From sequence record NC_070936.1: a stretch of 64,000 nt of DNA; one strand, given 5' to 3'. Positions 9,898 to 19,472 of the stretch are shown piece by piece. The translations under genes were made by a program, and so were the position numbers. The notes under the pieces were generated by a model that did no database searches, was not told the origin of the DNA, and was given only the letters and a program-made list of their open reading frames with translations. Numbering within the stretch: the stretch's first letter is position 1; each line of letters opens with the position of its first letter.

Positions 9898-10316
9898 ACA
9901 AATTGACATTTCCTAATGAGTTCTCACGCTTCCATGCAACTGGTACTAAACCAGAGGTAGAGATCAAAGGTGTGGAATTGAAAAAGCCCAAAGATACTTC
10001 GCTTATTCCTGGTAAGAGCGTCAAGATCATCAATGAGACAGAAGGACTCATCAGCCGAATCGAGATGCTCTGCGTGTTTGGTAAATTCAACCGCGGTAAG
10101 TTATTATCTCTTTCTAAGCGCCGCAAGAAAATAGCTTTAGTGCGCGGTACGATGTTCTATGAAACAGCTACTGGTAAATTGGTAGATGCCAAGCATCGTT
10201 TTAAACCAGGTATATCTTCCATCCCGGTCATGGTTGAATGGGTAGAAAAAGAAGGACCCTCATTCACTAACTTTATGAACGAATGGGCCAAATACATTGC
10301 TGAAGGGGCGGAATAA
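9894..10316 (+). CDS. hypothetical protein
   Basis: 140-aa ORF overlapping both neighbours. Confidence 0.7.
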   Translation: MNKLTFPNEFSRFHATGTKPEVEIKGVELKKPKDTSLIPGKSVKIINETEGLISRIEMLCVFGKFNRGKLLSLSKRRKKIALVRGTMFYETATGKLVDAKHRFKPGISSIPVMVEWVEKEGPSFTNFMNEWAKYIAEGAE

Positions 10317-10543
10317 TGACTATTGATCTAATCGTTAACTTCATCATTATTTCTACTTTATTTATTACCTTCGGATTAATGAGCGTCATTGAAGGAATGA
10401 AAGCCCTTCGTAAATACTGGGACGATAAATCTAAGTTAGACAAAGAACTAACTAAGGTTAAGCGTTCCCTCTGGATAAATGTGTTTGTGTTTATTGGGTT
10501 GGTTATGCTACATCTCTTTATAGCGGATGTTCCCATTTGGTAA
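10316..10543 (+). CDS. small membrane protein
   Basis: Two hydrophobic segments, TAATG coupling. Confidence 0.65.
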   Translation: MTIDLIVNFIIISTLFITFGLMSVIEGMKALRKYWDDKSKLDKELTKVKRSLWINVFVFIGLVMLHLFIADVPIW

Positions 10544-10565
10544 TCCTTTGTTAAAGGAGACTACC

Positions 10566-10706
10566 ATGCCAAGTGTATCTGAAAAACAAGCTAAGTTTAT
10601 GCGTGCAGTTGCTCATTCCCCTGAGTTTGCCAAGAAAGTTGGTGTTCCTCAATCTGTGGGTAAAGAGTTTAATGACGCTGACAAAGCAAAAGAAAAGAAA
10701 AAGTAA
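10566..10706 (+). CDS. 46-aa small basic protein not in the ORF track
   Basis: AAAGGAG RBS at 10553; MPSVSEKQAKFMRAVAHSPEFAKKVGVPQSVGKEFNDADKAKEKKK; followed by terminator. Confidence 0.8.
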   Translation: MPSVSEKQAKFMRAVAHSPEFAKKVGVPQSVGKEFNDADKAKEKKK

Positions 10707-10714
10707 ACCATAAT

Positions 10715-10744
10715 AGAGAACCTACCGATTAAGGTAGGTTCTCT
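10715..10744 (+). terminator. intrinsic terminator
   Basis: AGAGAACCTACC-GATTAA-GGTAGGTTCTCT. Confidence 0.75.
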
Positions 10745-10765
10745 TAAACTATAGAGGGTATCAAC

Positions 10766-11125
10766 ATGAGTAAGAAAAGTTATCTCCCAGAATCAATCAA
10801 CGCCAATGAAATTGATTGGACTGGTGCTAAAAACCTTGATCTGTCTACAGCCACTTTAGAGGTCAGGAATGGTTTAGCTAAACTGACTATCAAAGGTCAT
10901 GCTTTCCATTTTGAAAAGATTCCTATGCCGATTGATTGGGCTGGTTTCCAATACGGTATTAAAGACCGTGAACCACAACCCATTCATCGGGATACCGATT
11001 ATATACGGGAAGGTTATCTGGACACTCGTAGTTTCGGTAATAAGTTCATCATCAACTTCATTACCGATAATCGCAGTGAGCGACCATTTGTTATTCGTGT
11101 AGGAGACGTTAATGCCAAATGTTAA
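10766..11125 (+). CDS. hypothetical protein (tandem paralog 1)
   Basis: VRNGLA and F.I.F......P.VIR.G shared with next ORF. Confidence 0.7.
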   Translation: MSKKSYLPESINANEIDWTGAKNLDLSTATLEVRNGLAKLTIKGHAFHFEKIPMPIDWAGFQYGIKDREPQPIHRDTDYIREGYLDTRSFGNKFIINFITDNRSERPFVIRVGDVNAKC

Positions 11126-11453
11126 AGAGCTAGATTTCTTTCGCATGAAGTTGCAGAATAATAAAGCTGCAGCTTTCTATGTGCGTGATGGTAAGGCATT
11201 CTATTATGTCGGTCCTGATCGTTTCGATGTTGACTCTGCGGCTAATGCTGTTAATTACGGTAAGAAAGCTCTGGAAGAGAATTTCGATTACGATGAAGAA
11301 TTCAAAACAATGGATCTGTCAAAAGACTTATTGCTTAAAGGCAAAATGAATCTGTTGCAGATTCAAGAATACTTCATATTGATGTTTATCGATTCCAGTA
11401 AACAACATTGTCCTATTGTGATTCGTGCTGGAAATGCTTTGGAGAACTTATGA
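11112..11453 (+). CDS. hypothetical protein (tandem paralog 2)
   Basis: VRDGKA and FILMFID...PIVIRAG; GGAG RBS. Confidence 0.7.
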   Translation: MPNVKELDFFRMKLQNNKAAAFYVRDGKAFYYVGPDRFDVDSAANAVNYGKKALEENFDYDEEFKTMDLSKDLLLKGKMNLLQIQEYFILMFIDSSKQHCPIVIRAGNALENL

Positions 11454-11734
11454 TTAAAAAGTATAAACTTATTTGGGTGTACATTGTAGCCGGGTTATCT
11501 GTGTTAGCTCTCCTGGCAACCACAATGAGTTGGTTAGAAAAAGAACCCAATCGTAAACTGGAGCAATTGGGTTATTCCCAGGTAAAGATCTTAGGAACTA
11601 CACCTGGTTGTAAAGATGGTCGAGGTTATACATTCGTAGCCACTGGTCCTACTGGAGGGTATCGGGTTGGTGTACTGTGTATTTACCAAGATCATTTATC
11701 TGTGACCATTACTGGTCGTCGTAACTTTAATTAA
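11450..11734 (+). CDS. small membrane-anchored protein (paralog family)
   Basis: ATG 11450 after GGAG; N-terminal TM helix; LEQLGY...GC....YTFVATG..G..VGVLC. Confidence 0.7.
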   Translation: MIKKYKLIWVYIVAGLSVLALLATTMSWLEKEPNRKLEQLGYSQVKILGTTPGCKDGRGYTFVATGPTGGYRVGVLCIYQDHLSVTITGRRNFN

Positions 11735-11744
11735 GGAATGAATT

Positions 11745-12203
11745 ATGTTTAAAGCAATCATCAATGGTATCAAATGGTTCTTCGGTCAGCCAGAAGAAGA
11801 GAAACAAAAACTGGCACGTAAACATCGTCACGCTACTTTTAATCCAGCTACTAAAACTGGCCCCGTTAAAGTACGTGGTATTCCAACCATCCCTGATGAA
11901 GGTACTGGGATCAAGGATAGTTACATGAAGTTGGTTGAAATGGCGGGTATTGACGAATCCCTGGTAATCGAAGAAGCTAAGGCTCGTATTCTGATGCCTA
12001 TGGATTTCTCTGATCGCCATATTGAACATGCCCTGCAATGTTGCGGTTTCCAAAAGGAACCTAAACGTTCAGGCGGTATGGCATACGACCCTCGTTTGAT
12101 TCAAGCAGTTAAACTGAGTGTCAATATGTATTCTACCGGTGTTCAGACTCGCATTGAGGAAGTCCAGAAGAGACTGGAAGAAGCTCTCAAAGAAGATGAA
12201 TAA
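11745..12203 (+). CDS. hypothetical protein
   Basis: 152-aa ORF with AAGGA RBS. Confidence 0.75.
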   Translation: MFKAIINGIKWFFGQPEEEKQKLARKHRHATFNPATKTGPVKVRGIPTIPDEGTGIKDSYMKLVEMAGIDESLVIEEAKARILMPMDFSDRHIEHALQCCGFQKEPKRSGGMAYDPRLIQAVKLSVNMYSTGVQTRIEEVQKRLEEALKEDE

Positions 12204-12232
12204 CTACCTTCGTTAAACTAAACTAGAAAATG

Positions 12233-12262
12233 AATCAGGTGTCCAGAAATGGATGCCTGATT
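12233..12262 (+). terminator. hairpin / probable terminator
   Basis: AATCAGGTGTCCA-GAAA-TGGATGCCTGATT. Confidence 0.65.
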
Positions 12263-12281
12263 TGTTAGGAGTTATTTATTT

Positions 12282-12500
12282 ATGTTGAAAAAGTTGGTTG
12301 TTGGGGAAACCTACCTGAATGAATCGGGTACTCCATTCAAGGTATTTGGTATCGGCTATTACGGTAAGAAATATCGCACGCCAATGGTCCTGCATCAGAA
12401 TCTGGAGATAACTGATGTCTTACCTGAGAAGTTCACTCCTTGTGTACTCACTCAAAAACAATTCATGAAAACTTTTAAAGAGGTTCCAAGCAATGACTAA
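12282..12500 (+). CDS. small hypothetical protein, possibly DUF1653-like
   Basis: AGGAG RBS; GETY...G..FKV.GIG...PMVLHQNL pattern. Confidence 0.6.
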   Translation: MLKKLVVGETYLNESGTPFKVFGIGYYGKKYRTPMVLHQNLEITDVLPEKFTPCVLTQKQFMKTFKEVPSND

Positions 12501-13872
12501 GAAAGTAAAGAACAATACCCAAGCTGGCACTAAAGTAACTCCTGCTATGAAGAAGGAAGTGGAAATGCCAACTCTGGAACAAATTGAAGCATCTGAGTTG
12601 CCAGCTTCTTATGTAGACTCAGATTCCTTTGAAGTAGCAGAGCCAGATCAAATGGAACCACTGGCTCCAACTAAGTTTGTGATTATGGGTCGCGAAGGTG
12701 AACTGATGCGTCCAGATCGTATTACCGATATGCCTCTGGTCATCATTGCCGGTGATAAGATCGAGCTGAAAGAATGTAAAGATCTTCCTATTGATAAATA
12801 CTGCGTGCCTGTGGGAGTACAGTTAGGTGCTACTCGTGATAGCATGAAACTTTATAAAGACAAAGACCAAGCCCTGTTGTCTAAAATGAAGTGGTATACT
12901 TTCACCACAGCTGGTCTGGAAGTTATTATCAGTAGTGGTTCTACTCTGGTAGTTCGTGAATGTTTGTCTGTTAACGACTACTGGTATGAAGAAGATGAAC
13001 CGCGTGGTAAGTCTAAGCTTATCATGGCTGGTGCGATGCTGGAAACTTCTAACCTGGTAGTTCGCGGTACAGCGACAGTGAATAACAGTTCTCTGATTGC
13101 TCAGAATCACGTAGAGCTGGTTAGTTCCAATATCACTACCACGATGATTAGCTCAGGTAGTAACATTACCGTTCGGGATAGTGTATTAACTGATTGCGGT
13201 TTCCTTAACCACACCCAGTCCTATACTTCACTTATCAAATGTCGTATGACTGGCGCTAAGATTAGCGGTTTTAAACGTGTTAACCTTAACCGTGTGGAAG
13301 CCTACGAACATTCTCGCTTTAATCTGAATGGCTGGGCGCGTGGAAGCGATACAGGTGCTTCTTTGGAAATCAAAGATATCACTTTGAACACCATGAATGG
13401 TCATTTCGGTTCTATTAATGAAGCACTGAGCAATTGGACTGACGTTTCTAATAGCTGGGCCGAACCAACCATTAATATCTCTCGTCGTATTGACTATGGT
13501 CAGTTCTCTAGTCTGGAAATGATTCCATTTGCCCGTGTCGGGAAATTCGACTTGTTGGTTGGTGGTGAAGTATTCCTGGCTACTGATTTCTTCCCTGTTG
13601 ATAAAGGTGAAACATATCCTGTCCCTAGTAAACAAGTACAGGTTCCTGGATTGAGTGGTGATTACACAGCTAACTACGGGATCGGTCTTTTAAATACTGG
13701 TGCCCATTATCGTGGAACTATGGTATGGAACCGCGCAGCTAAAATTATTTTCGGTTACCAATATGGTAAACAACCTATCGGTAAAACTGGCGAAGCAATG
13801 GTCAACACTTTAGTTGAGCAAATCAAATCACGTATCGGTATCTACGTGGAGTTATCAAATCTGTCAATGTAA
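12493..13872 (+). CDS. hypothetical protein
   Basis: 459-aa ORF; central V/I/S/T/N-rich region may be beta-solenoid. Confidence 0.8.
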   Translation: MTKKVKNNTQAGTKVTPAMKKEVEMPTLEQIEASELPASYVDSDSFEVAEPDQMEPLAPTKFVIMGREGELMRPDRITDMPLVIIAGDKIELKECKDLPIDKYCVPVGVQLGATRDSMKLYKDKDQALLSKMKWYTFTTAGLEVIISSGSTLVVRECLSVNDYWYEEDEPRGKSKLIMAGAMLETSNLVVRGTATVNNSSLIAQNHVELVSSNITTTMISSGSNITVRDSVLTDCGFLNHTQSYTSLIKCRMTGAKISGFKRVNLNRVEAYEHSRFNLNGWARGSDTGASLEIKDITLNTMNGHFGSINEALSNWTDVSNSWAEPTINISRRIDYGQFSSLEMIPFARVGKFDLLVGGEVFLATDFFPVDKGETYPVPSKQVQVPGLSGDYTANYGIGLLNTGAHYRGTMVWNRAAKIIFGYQYGKQPIGKTGEAMVNTLVEQIKSRIGIYVELSNLSM

Positions 13873-13883
13873 TAGGTAAGTGT

Positions 13884-14576
13884 ATGGGAACAACAACTGC
13901 TGTTATAAATGCACATATCAGTGAGCAACTCACTGGGTTGATGCATTCATTCGGTAACTTGTTCGTTCACGTATCGGGGGAAGGGAAGGTTGACTTCCGT
14001 GCCCCTGGTATGGGTTCAGGCTGGTTAGGGATGATCAAAGTTATTCTGTCTGGTGATGTTGGGTGTATGAAACCATATAAAGGTTACGACACTTGTGCAT
14101 TTGACCAAGCGATTGAATACTTGATGGACCTGGATATGGCTCCACATTTGAACAGCTCTATTAACGAAGAGTATCTCGTTGACCGCGAGACTTGGGTTAA
14201 GTTTATCCAAGGTATCAAGGAAGAATGTTCATTTGTGGGTAAGCCATTACCGAAGTATACCTTCGAGCTTAAAACCGCTGATGAGAAACACGTCATTACA
14301 ACTATTGTTCTGGAACCTATGTGCAATGGTTTTGTAGTGGGTGAATACCAAGCTTCTAAAGAAGCTGAGTATATCGGCATTATCGAAGATTACGACCAAC
14401 CTAAAATCGATGCCTGTTTTATTCAGTGTGAAGGCAAAGAGTACGAAATTGAATTGGATAAACTGGTTCACTATCGTCATCGTAAATACCAACCTCGTAA
14501 AGGGGATTACCTGTTGTTTAATAACGACAAAGGTGTTTACGTAATCCTTCCTCAGGAAGACTACTCGATTCATTAA
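13884..14576 (+). CDS. hypothetical protein
   Basis: 230-aa ORF followed by terminator. Confidence 0.75.
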   Translation: MGTTTAVINAHISEQLTGLMHSFGNLFVHVSGEGKVDFRAPGMGSGWLGMIKVILSGDVGCMKPYKGYDTCAFDQAIEYLMDLDMAPHLNSSINEEYLVDRETWVKFIQGIKEECSFVGKPLPKYTFELKTADEKHVITTIVLEPMCNGFVVGEYQASKEAEYIGIIEDYDQPKIDACFIQCEGKEYEIELDKLVHYRHRKYQPRKGDYLLFNNDKGVYVILPQEDYSIH

Positions 14577-14587
14577 TAGTTAATGTT

Positions 14588-14615
14588 CCTCTTACTCCTT
14601 AACGGGAGTAAGAGG
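14588..14615 (+). terminator. intrinsic terminator
   Basis: CCTCTTACTCC-TTAACG-GGAGTAAGAGG. Confidence 0.8.
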
Positions 14616-14636
14616 TTCATATTCATTTGTATTTAT

Positions 14637-14662
14637 TTTTGGACTTATATTATCTAAGTGTA
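14637..14662 (+). promoter_or_regulatory. putative phage early promoter
   Basis: TTTTGGACTTATATTATCTAAGTGTA. Confidence 0.6.
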
Positions 14663-14703
14663 TAAGGAAACAATTTTTAATTAACTTGTAGAAGGAGTAA
14701 TTT

Positions 14704-15018
14704 ATGTCTGGTGATTTCTTACCTACTAAAATGTTTTCCAAACTGGCTGGAGAAGAACAGAAGTTGGGTAGCCATTATCATAATCAAAACAATGTAAGTC
14801 ACCAGCATCGCTTACTGACGATGACTCGTGAAGAACGTATCACCGACCTGGAAGATAAACTGGAAAAAGCCATGAACTATGACTTTGACCTTGTTGAAAC
14901 CATTCAGGAAAAAATCGATCTTTATCAAGGCATGACCGACGAGGAGTACAAGTCTTATATCCGTATCAAGATGTTGTATACTCGTAACGCTATCAAACCA
15001 ATCATCCCAACTAAATAA
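14704..15018 (+). CDS. hypothetical protein
   Basis: TAGAAGGAG RBS, first gene after promoter motif. Confidence 0.75.
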   Translation: MSGDFLPTKMFSKLAGEEQKLGSHYHNQNNVSHQHRLLTMTREERITDLEDKLEKAMNYDFDLVETIQEKIDLYQGMTDEEYKSYIRIKMLYTRNAIKPIIPTK

Positions 15019-15047
15019 CCAACCCTTTAATTATAGAGAGAAACAAA

Positions 15048-15533
15048 ATGACTAACTCAATCGCTGCAGCTTCTGAATTCCACAACACCATCCCTTTCCA
15101 GCAGATGATGTCGACCAAACATTACATCCCTACTACTAAGGCTAAACCTGAGCGTCGTAAATACAAAGTTCGGGGTGAGGATATCTCATTCAGCATCTCC
15201 GGTGATACACCAGCTCAGATTCGCGATATCGCCTGTCAGTTGCTTCAACGACTGGAAGAAATCAAGGGCTTGAAACTCTATGGTCTTCCTCACCTGATCG
15301 AGTGGGAAACTCATCATGTCAACCTGAAACCGTTGAATGAATATCGTCTGTGTTCTCCGGTTAAGAACATTACTCTGGAAATTGCAGAGTTTAAAGATGG
15401 TGAACGCATTATCATACAGATGTTCGAACACTATGGTCATCGTACCTCATTTACTTTCAAATCTAACGAGCGCAATGTTAGTGCAGTTATCGATACACTG
15501 CGTGGCATTCAACAGCGCCTGGCAGGTAAATGA
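15048..15533 (+). CDS. hypothetical protein
   Basis: 161-aa ORF with TATAGAGAGAAA leader. Confidence 0.75.
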   Translation: MTNSIAAASEFHNTIPFQQMMSTKHYIPTTKAKPERRKYKVRGEDISFSISGDTPAQIRDIACQLLQRLEEIKGLKLYGLPHLIEWETHHVNLKPLNEYRLCSPVKNITLEIAEFKDGERIIIQMFEHYGHRTSFTFKSNERNVSAVIDTLRGIQQRLAGK

Positions 15534-15745
15534 TGGGCGAACGTTTAACTAAAACACTTTTTATCATGCAGCTCAGACATGGCATGAGAAAGATGGTCCT
15601 TCCGAAGATGAAGGAAATGATCGAGTTAGAAATTAACAAGATCGAAAAGATGTCTGAAGAAGAATTTGATCAGTACGTTTTAAAGACGGCTGGTAAACCA
15701 AATGAAATCAACCCGAACAAAACCAAGTTCAAAACTCATCGTTAA
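15530..15745 (+). CDS. hypothetical protein
   Basis: ATGA overlap with upstream stop. Confidence 0.6.
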   Translation: MMGERLTKTLFIMQLRHGMRKMVLPKMKEMIELEINKIEKMSEEEFDQYVLKTAGKPNEINPNKTKFKTHR

Positions 15746-15755
15746 GGAGAAACAA

Positions 15756-15995
15756 ATGAAAGCGCAATTCCGTATCACTCGTCGTAAACTGATTGAAGAA
15801 ATGAAGAATCTTCGTAAGATGCGTGCTGCCGCCAAAGGTAATCCTGATATGAAAGATCGTTATCGGGAACTGGGTGAGCGCATTGTGGAAACGCAAACTA
15901 AGATCGACCAGTTGAACGTTGCTCTGGGTATTCCGGTAATGACCAATAAAGGTTTTGCCAAACATCACGGCGTAGGTAAAGTAGACCGCAAATAA
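15756..15995 (+). CDS. small basic hypothetical protein
   Basis: TAAGGAG RBS fixes start at 15756. Confidence 0.7.
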   Translation: MKAQFRITRRKLIEEMKNLRKMRAAAKGNPDMKDRYRELGERIVETQTKIDQLNVALGIPVMTNKGFAKHHGVGKVDRK

Positions 15996-16044
15996 CTTAG
16001 CGGTACTACCTCATTTATAAACTATTTGAATAGAGAGAAATAAA

Positions 16045-16674
16045 ATGGCTAGTAAGAAACCTCGTAACAAGAAGTTCAACCCACTCCGTACTCGTACCAA
16101 ACATATCCAGAACGTTTTGAATAACGCGATCAATAAGTTTTACATGATCGGAGATATGAACCACGATCCAATGTCTTTCCATGTTTCTGATATCAAGATG
16201 CAACTGAAAGGTGGTGACCTGGGAATTGCGTTGAGTGAGTTGACTAAATTCTTCTATGGGGAGAAACGCCATTGGGCTATCGGCATTTACCACTTCTTTA
16301 AGATCGATGATAAACTGGAGGTTGTTCCGACTATTGTTAAGTTGGATGAAGTTGATCTTCGTGAAGTTGCAGAAGTTGTTGATGTGAATGTCAAGCTCGC
16401 TAAAGAAGCCATCCTGGATCCAGAGGAAGGCTTTACAGAAGAGAATCATATCTTCTATGGTTATTACATCAACTATGGTAATAACTTATCCTGGGACGCT
16501 ATGGAAGCCGATATCATTAAAGCATTCATGAAAGTCAATCAGGATTTTGAAAACATCAAACCTGAAATCTGCGAATGTACTGCTGAGAAAGTTCTGCAGG
16601 CAATTGCAGGTGAGAAATTCAGCGTAGCTGATTCTAATCGACTGAAAACTTCAATGGTAGAGGAAACTAAATAA
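16045..16674 (+). CDS. hypothetical protein
   Basis: 209-aa ORF with ATAGAGAGAAA leader. Confidence 0.75.
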   Translation: MASKKPRNKKFNPLRTRTKHIQNVLNNAINKFYMIGDMNHDPMSFHVSDIKMQLKGGDLGIALSELTKFFYGEKRHWAIGIYHFFKIDDKLEVVPTIVKLDEVDLREVAEVVDVNVKLAKEAILDPEEGFTEENHIFYGYYINYGNNLSWDAMEADIIKAFMKVNQDFENIKPEICECTAEKVLQAIAGEKFSVADSNRLKTSMVEETK

Positions 16675-17009
16675 TGTCCAAGATGAAATTAGTATTTACT
16701 GAGTATCAAGAAAACTGGGATGCACACACTGTCCACGTTGTTGTTAAAGCAACATTAAACGGAACTCCATTAGAAGGGATTTCGTTGGACATGTCCCACA
16801 AGCGTGCAACTACTGAAGTAGTTAACCGTGCAGCTGCAAACCAAATCCTGGATGTAGTGGAACAGTCCATTAAACGTCTGGGTATGCAACCAAGTGATTA
16901 CGATCGCGATCTTAAATCCATGTTGAAAGAGTTCGACGTATTCCTGCATCAAACATTCAGAGATCAATGTTCCGAATTTGAAATTCCGTTCAAGCATCTG
17001 ATAAATTAA
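16674..17009 (+). CDS. hypothetical protein
   Basis: TAATG coupling, GAGGA RBS. Confidence 0.7.
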   Translation: MSKMKLVFTEYQENWDAHTVHVVVKATLNGTPLEGISLDMSHKRATTEVVNRAAANQILDVVEQSIKRLGMQPSDYDRDLKSMLKEFDVFLHQTFRDQCSEFEIPFKHLIN

Positions 17010-17039
17010 TCCGATCATTTTAATATAGAGAGAACTATC

Positions 17040-17387
17040 ATGAAACCAGTACTGACCTTTACCGATCTGATCATTAACGACGAAGATGGCAAATACAGCA
17101 TCGAAATGGTTGCCACGATCAATCGTGAGATCGTCAAGAAGATAACTCGCCCGATTATCAACCCTTCTGCTGAAATGCGCCAGAGCGTCTTCCAGAGCGC
17201 TTTAGATGGTATCTGTTTAGCGGCGGCTTGTGTAATGGATAACCGTGTTGAAGGTTTCCACTACCCAGCCGGTATGAACCTGGTAGAAAAGCTGTCTCTG
17301 TTTGATATCAAACAAACAGTTACCATGGCCAACGATCTGCGTGCTGCAGGTTTTGATACCAACATTATCATGGCGGCTATCTGGTAA
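17040..17387 (+). CDS. hypothetical protein
   Basis: TATAGAGAGAA leader. Confidence 0.7.
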   Translation: MKPVLTFTDLIINDEDGKYSIEMVATINREIVKKITRPIINPSAEMRQSVFQSALDGICLAAACVMDNRVEGFHYPAGMNLVEKLSLFDIKQTVTMANDLRAAGFDTNIIMAAIW

Positions 17388-17713
17388 TGCTTCTAAGCCT
17401 ATTAGAAAGAATCAAGGGTTGGGTAAAACCAACCCCCAAACAACCTACCATTGAGTTTGTTTCACTTACCTCAATTTCTACAACTGAATGTATGGGATGG
17501 GTGAAAGTTTACCATAACAAATTGGTAATCAGGGTCAATGGTGTAACTCGTATTAAACGAACTAAGACGAACTCACAATTAACTTGTCATTCGTTTAGAA
17601 GAATGTTCGAGATGTGTATTGGGACAGGTGAAACATTACACATCGCAAGAAGTAAATACAAAATCGTCCTATCTGCTAAATTCAAAGCAGGTATTGGTAA
17701 AAACTTTATTTAA
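17387..17713 (+). CDS. hypothetical protein
   Basis: TAATG coupling. Confidence 0.6.
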   Translation: MLLSLLERIKGWVKPTPKQPTIEFVSLTSISTTECMGWVKVYHNKLVIRVNGVTRIKRTKTNSQLTCHSFRRMFEMCIGTGETLHIARSKYKIVLSAKFKAGIGKNFI

Positions 17714-17726
17714 GGAACTTATAGAA

Positions 17727-19034
17727 ATGACTAAATCTAAAGAAGTAGTAATCGCTCGATTCGATGAAGTTGAAGGTACTGAAATTCTGATCACTTCCGT
17801 TGATGGTCATCAGGGTCGTTCACCTAACATGCTGGAAGCCATCCAGAAGTTAGTTTGCGATAAGTATGGGGAGGATTGGAAATCAGTAAATGCCATTTGT
17901 CGTCTTCCTTTCAAGGACCTGGTCAAGCGATATGGTATTGTTCGTAAAGCAGGTGTTCATTTACCTGTTGGTTATCCAGGCGGTGTTTATGAGGAGATCA
18001 AAGAACGCTCTCCGATTATCATCACTTACCACTCCGCAGCACAGGGTTACCCAAGTGGTGCGCTGTACAGTTACACTGCCGTATACGGTGATCAAAAAGT
18101 ATCTGTAACCCGTGGTAGTTCTTATCTGGGTATTCTTGATATCCTTACCGAACTGGGTTTTGAAGTAGAGCGTGGCAGGACCATCGAGTATCTGGTTGCT
18201 GAACATGACATTCGTTTAGAAACCAAACTTGATCCTTCCGCGGTGATCGATAAAGATCTTAAAGAAGTATTAACTCCTATTAACGACAACACTCCTGATG
18301 AGGAACCTAAAGTGACCAAACAAAAAGAACAGCGTATCAAACTGAACATTATCGACATCGAACCTAATGGCGCTGGAGACTGGGTCTTTACCATTGATGG
18401 CGTCGGTACTCGCGGTGAAGTAATTCCGCGTACTAAGTTCATCGTAACTAGCCGTAATAATTCATCCAACTCTCTGCGTACGGATCCTCGTATTGTGATC
18501 GCTGCAGTTCTTCCATCTATCTGCAGTCTGACTGATGATCAACTGATCGCTCTGCGTACCGATGATCCTGCTAAGTTTATTAGCAACATTGATTGGGCCG
18601 TTGGAGATACTCTTAAACGTGGATTCCCTAAAAACAATGCAGGGGCTGCGATCCTGAACTTCCTGGGTGAAATTGAAAAGGCATCCGGTGGTGATATTCT
18701 GGACACTCTGGTTGCATTTATGTTCAACCAAGAACTGAAGTGGGACCCAGATATGCAGATGGTTCGTAACATGTCTGGGGTGACGTCGGAAGGTGCTGAA
18801 ACTCGGTTCCGTGTTGTTCATGCTGTTGGTGGGTTCTTCGCTGAAGGCGCTATTGAAATGCGCAAGATTCGTATCTTCAAAGATCACTCCACTGTACAGA
18901 TCTACACCACTCCACACACGCATAAGTTCGATAAAGAAACTCATTGCAAGACCTTCACCACGAACCACCCAGAGCAGGTTCTGGAGTTCCTGCGTGGTAT
19001 CTCAGAAGTACAAACTCACAAGTTCTCTAAATAA
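17727..19034 (+). CDS. hypothetical protein
   Basis: ORF track 17619..19034; start moved to ATG 17727 after TAAGGA. Confidence 0.8.
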   Translation: MTKSKEVVIARFDEVEGTEILITSVDGHQGRSPNMLEAIQKLVCDKYGEDWKSVNAICRLPFKDLVKRYGIVRKAGVHLPVGYPGGVYEEIKERSPIIITYHSAAQGYPSGALYSYTAVYGDQKVSVTRGSSYLGILDILTELGFEVERGRTIEYLVAEHDIRLETKLDPSAVIDKDLKEVLTPINDNTPDEEPKVTKQKEQRIKLNIIDIEPNGAGDWVFTIDGVGTRGEVIPRTKFIVTSRNNSSNSLRTDPRIVIAAVLPSICSLTDDQLIALRTDDPAKFISNIDWAVGDTLKRGFPKNNAGAAILNFLGEIEKASGGDILDTLVAFMFNQELKWDPDMQMVRNMSGVTSEGAETRFRVVHAVGGFFAEGAIEMRKIRIFKDHSTVQIYTTPHTHKFDKETHCKTFTTNHPEQVLEFLRGISEVQTHKFSK

Positions 19035-19064
19035 CTTTAATTGACACCTACAGAGGTAATATAA

Positions 19065-19412
19065 ATGAAACGCGCTTTAGTTCTTGTATTTGGTCTGGTA
19101 TGTTTGGTTGGTGGTCTGTTGATTGATTCTCCTACTGTTCAGGCTAAGAACTCTGGTGATCATTTTGTAAAAGGGAAGATCGTAGCTTTAGAAGGATGTT
19201 ATTCTAAAGAGACATCGGTTGAATCAATATGCCTTGGGGTTGTTGAAACGGCACTCGGTCATAGATCAGGTAAAATCGTTGGGGATGTTTATATCGGGAA
19301 GAACGTTTATCAGGAATGTGTTAGTAATTCTGTTGAAACTAAATGTTCTAAGGTATGGCGAGCCTCTGTAGGTGAAAGTTATTTAGTTGGTGGTGAACTC
19401 ACTGAGATGTAA
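19065..19412 (+). CDS. membrane-anchored or secreted Cys-containing protein
   Basis: GAGG RBS; hydrophobic N-terminus; several Cys. Confidence 0.7.
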   Translation: MKRALVLVFGLVCLVGGLLIDSPTVQAKNSGDHFVKGKIVALEGCYSKETSVESICLGVVETALGHRSGKIVGDVYIGKNVYQECVSNSVETKCSKVWRASVGESYLVGGELTEM

Positions 19413-19420
19413 ATGAATAA

Positions 19421-19452
19421 TAGCTACTCTACCCAAACGGGTAGAGTAGCTA
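19421..19452. terminator. bidirectional terminator between convergent genes
   Basis: TAGCTACTCTACCC-AAAC-GGGTAGAGTAGCTA. Confidence 0.85.
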
Positions 19453-19472
19453 GTTCATATTACTTTATTTTT

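Noticed and set aside
14704-15745. Shared motif I..KI....GMTDEEY..YI vs I..EI...KMSEEEF..YV in two small ORFs
   Set aside because: Too short and compositionally simple to claim paralogy without profile statistics
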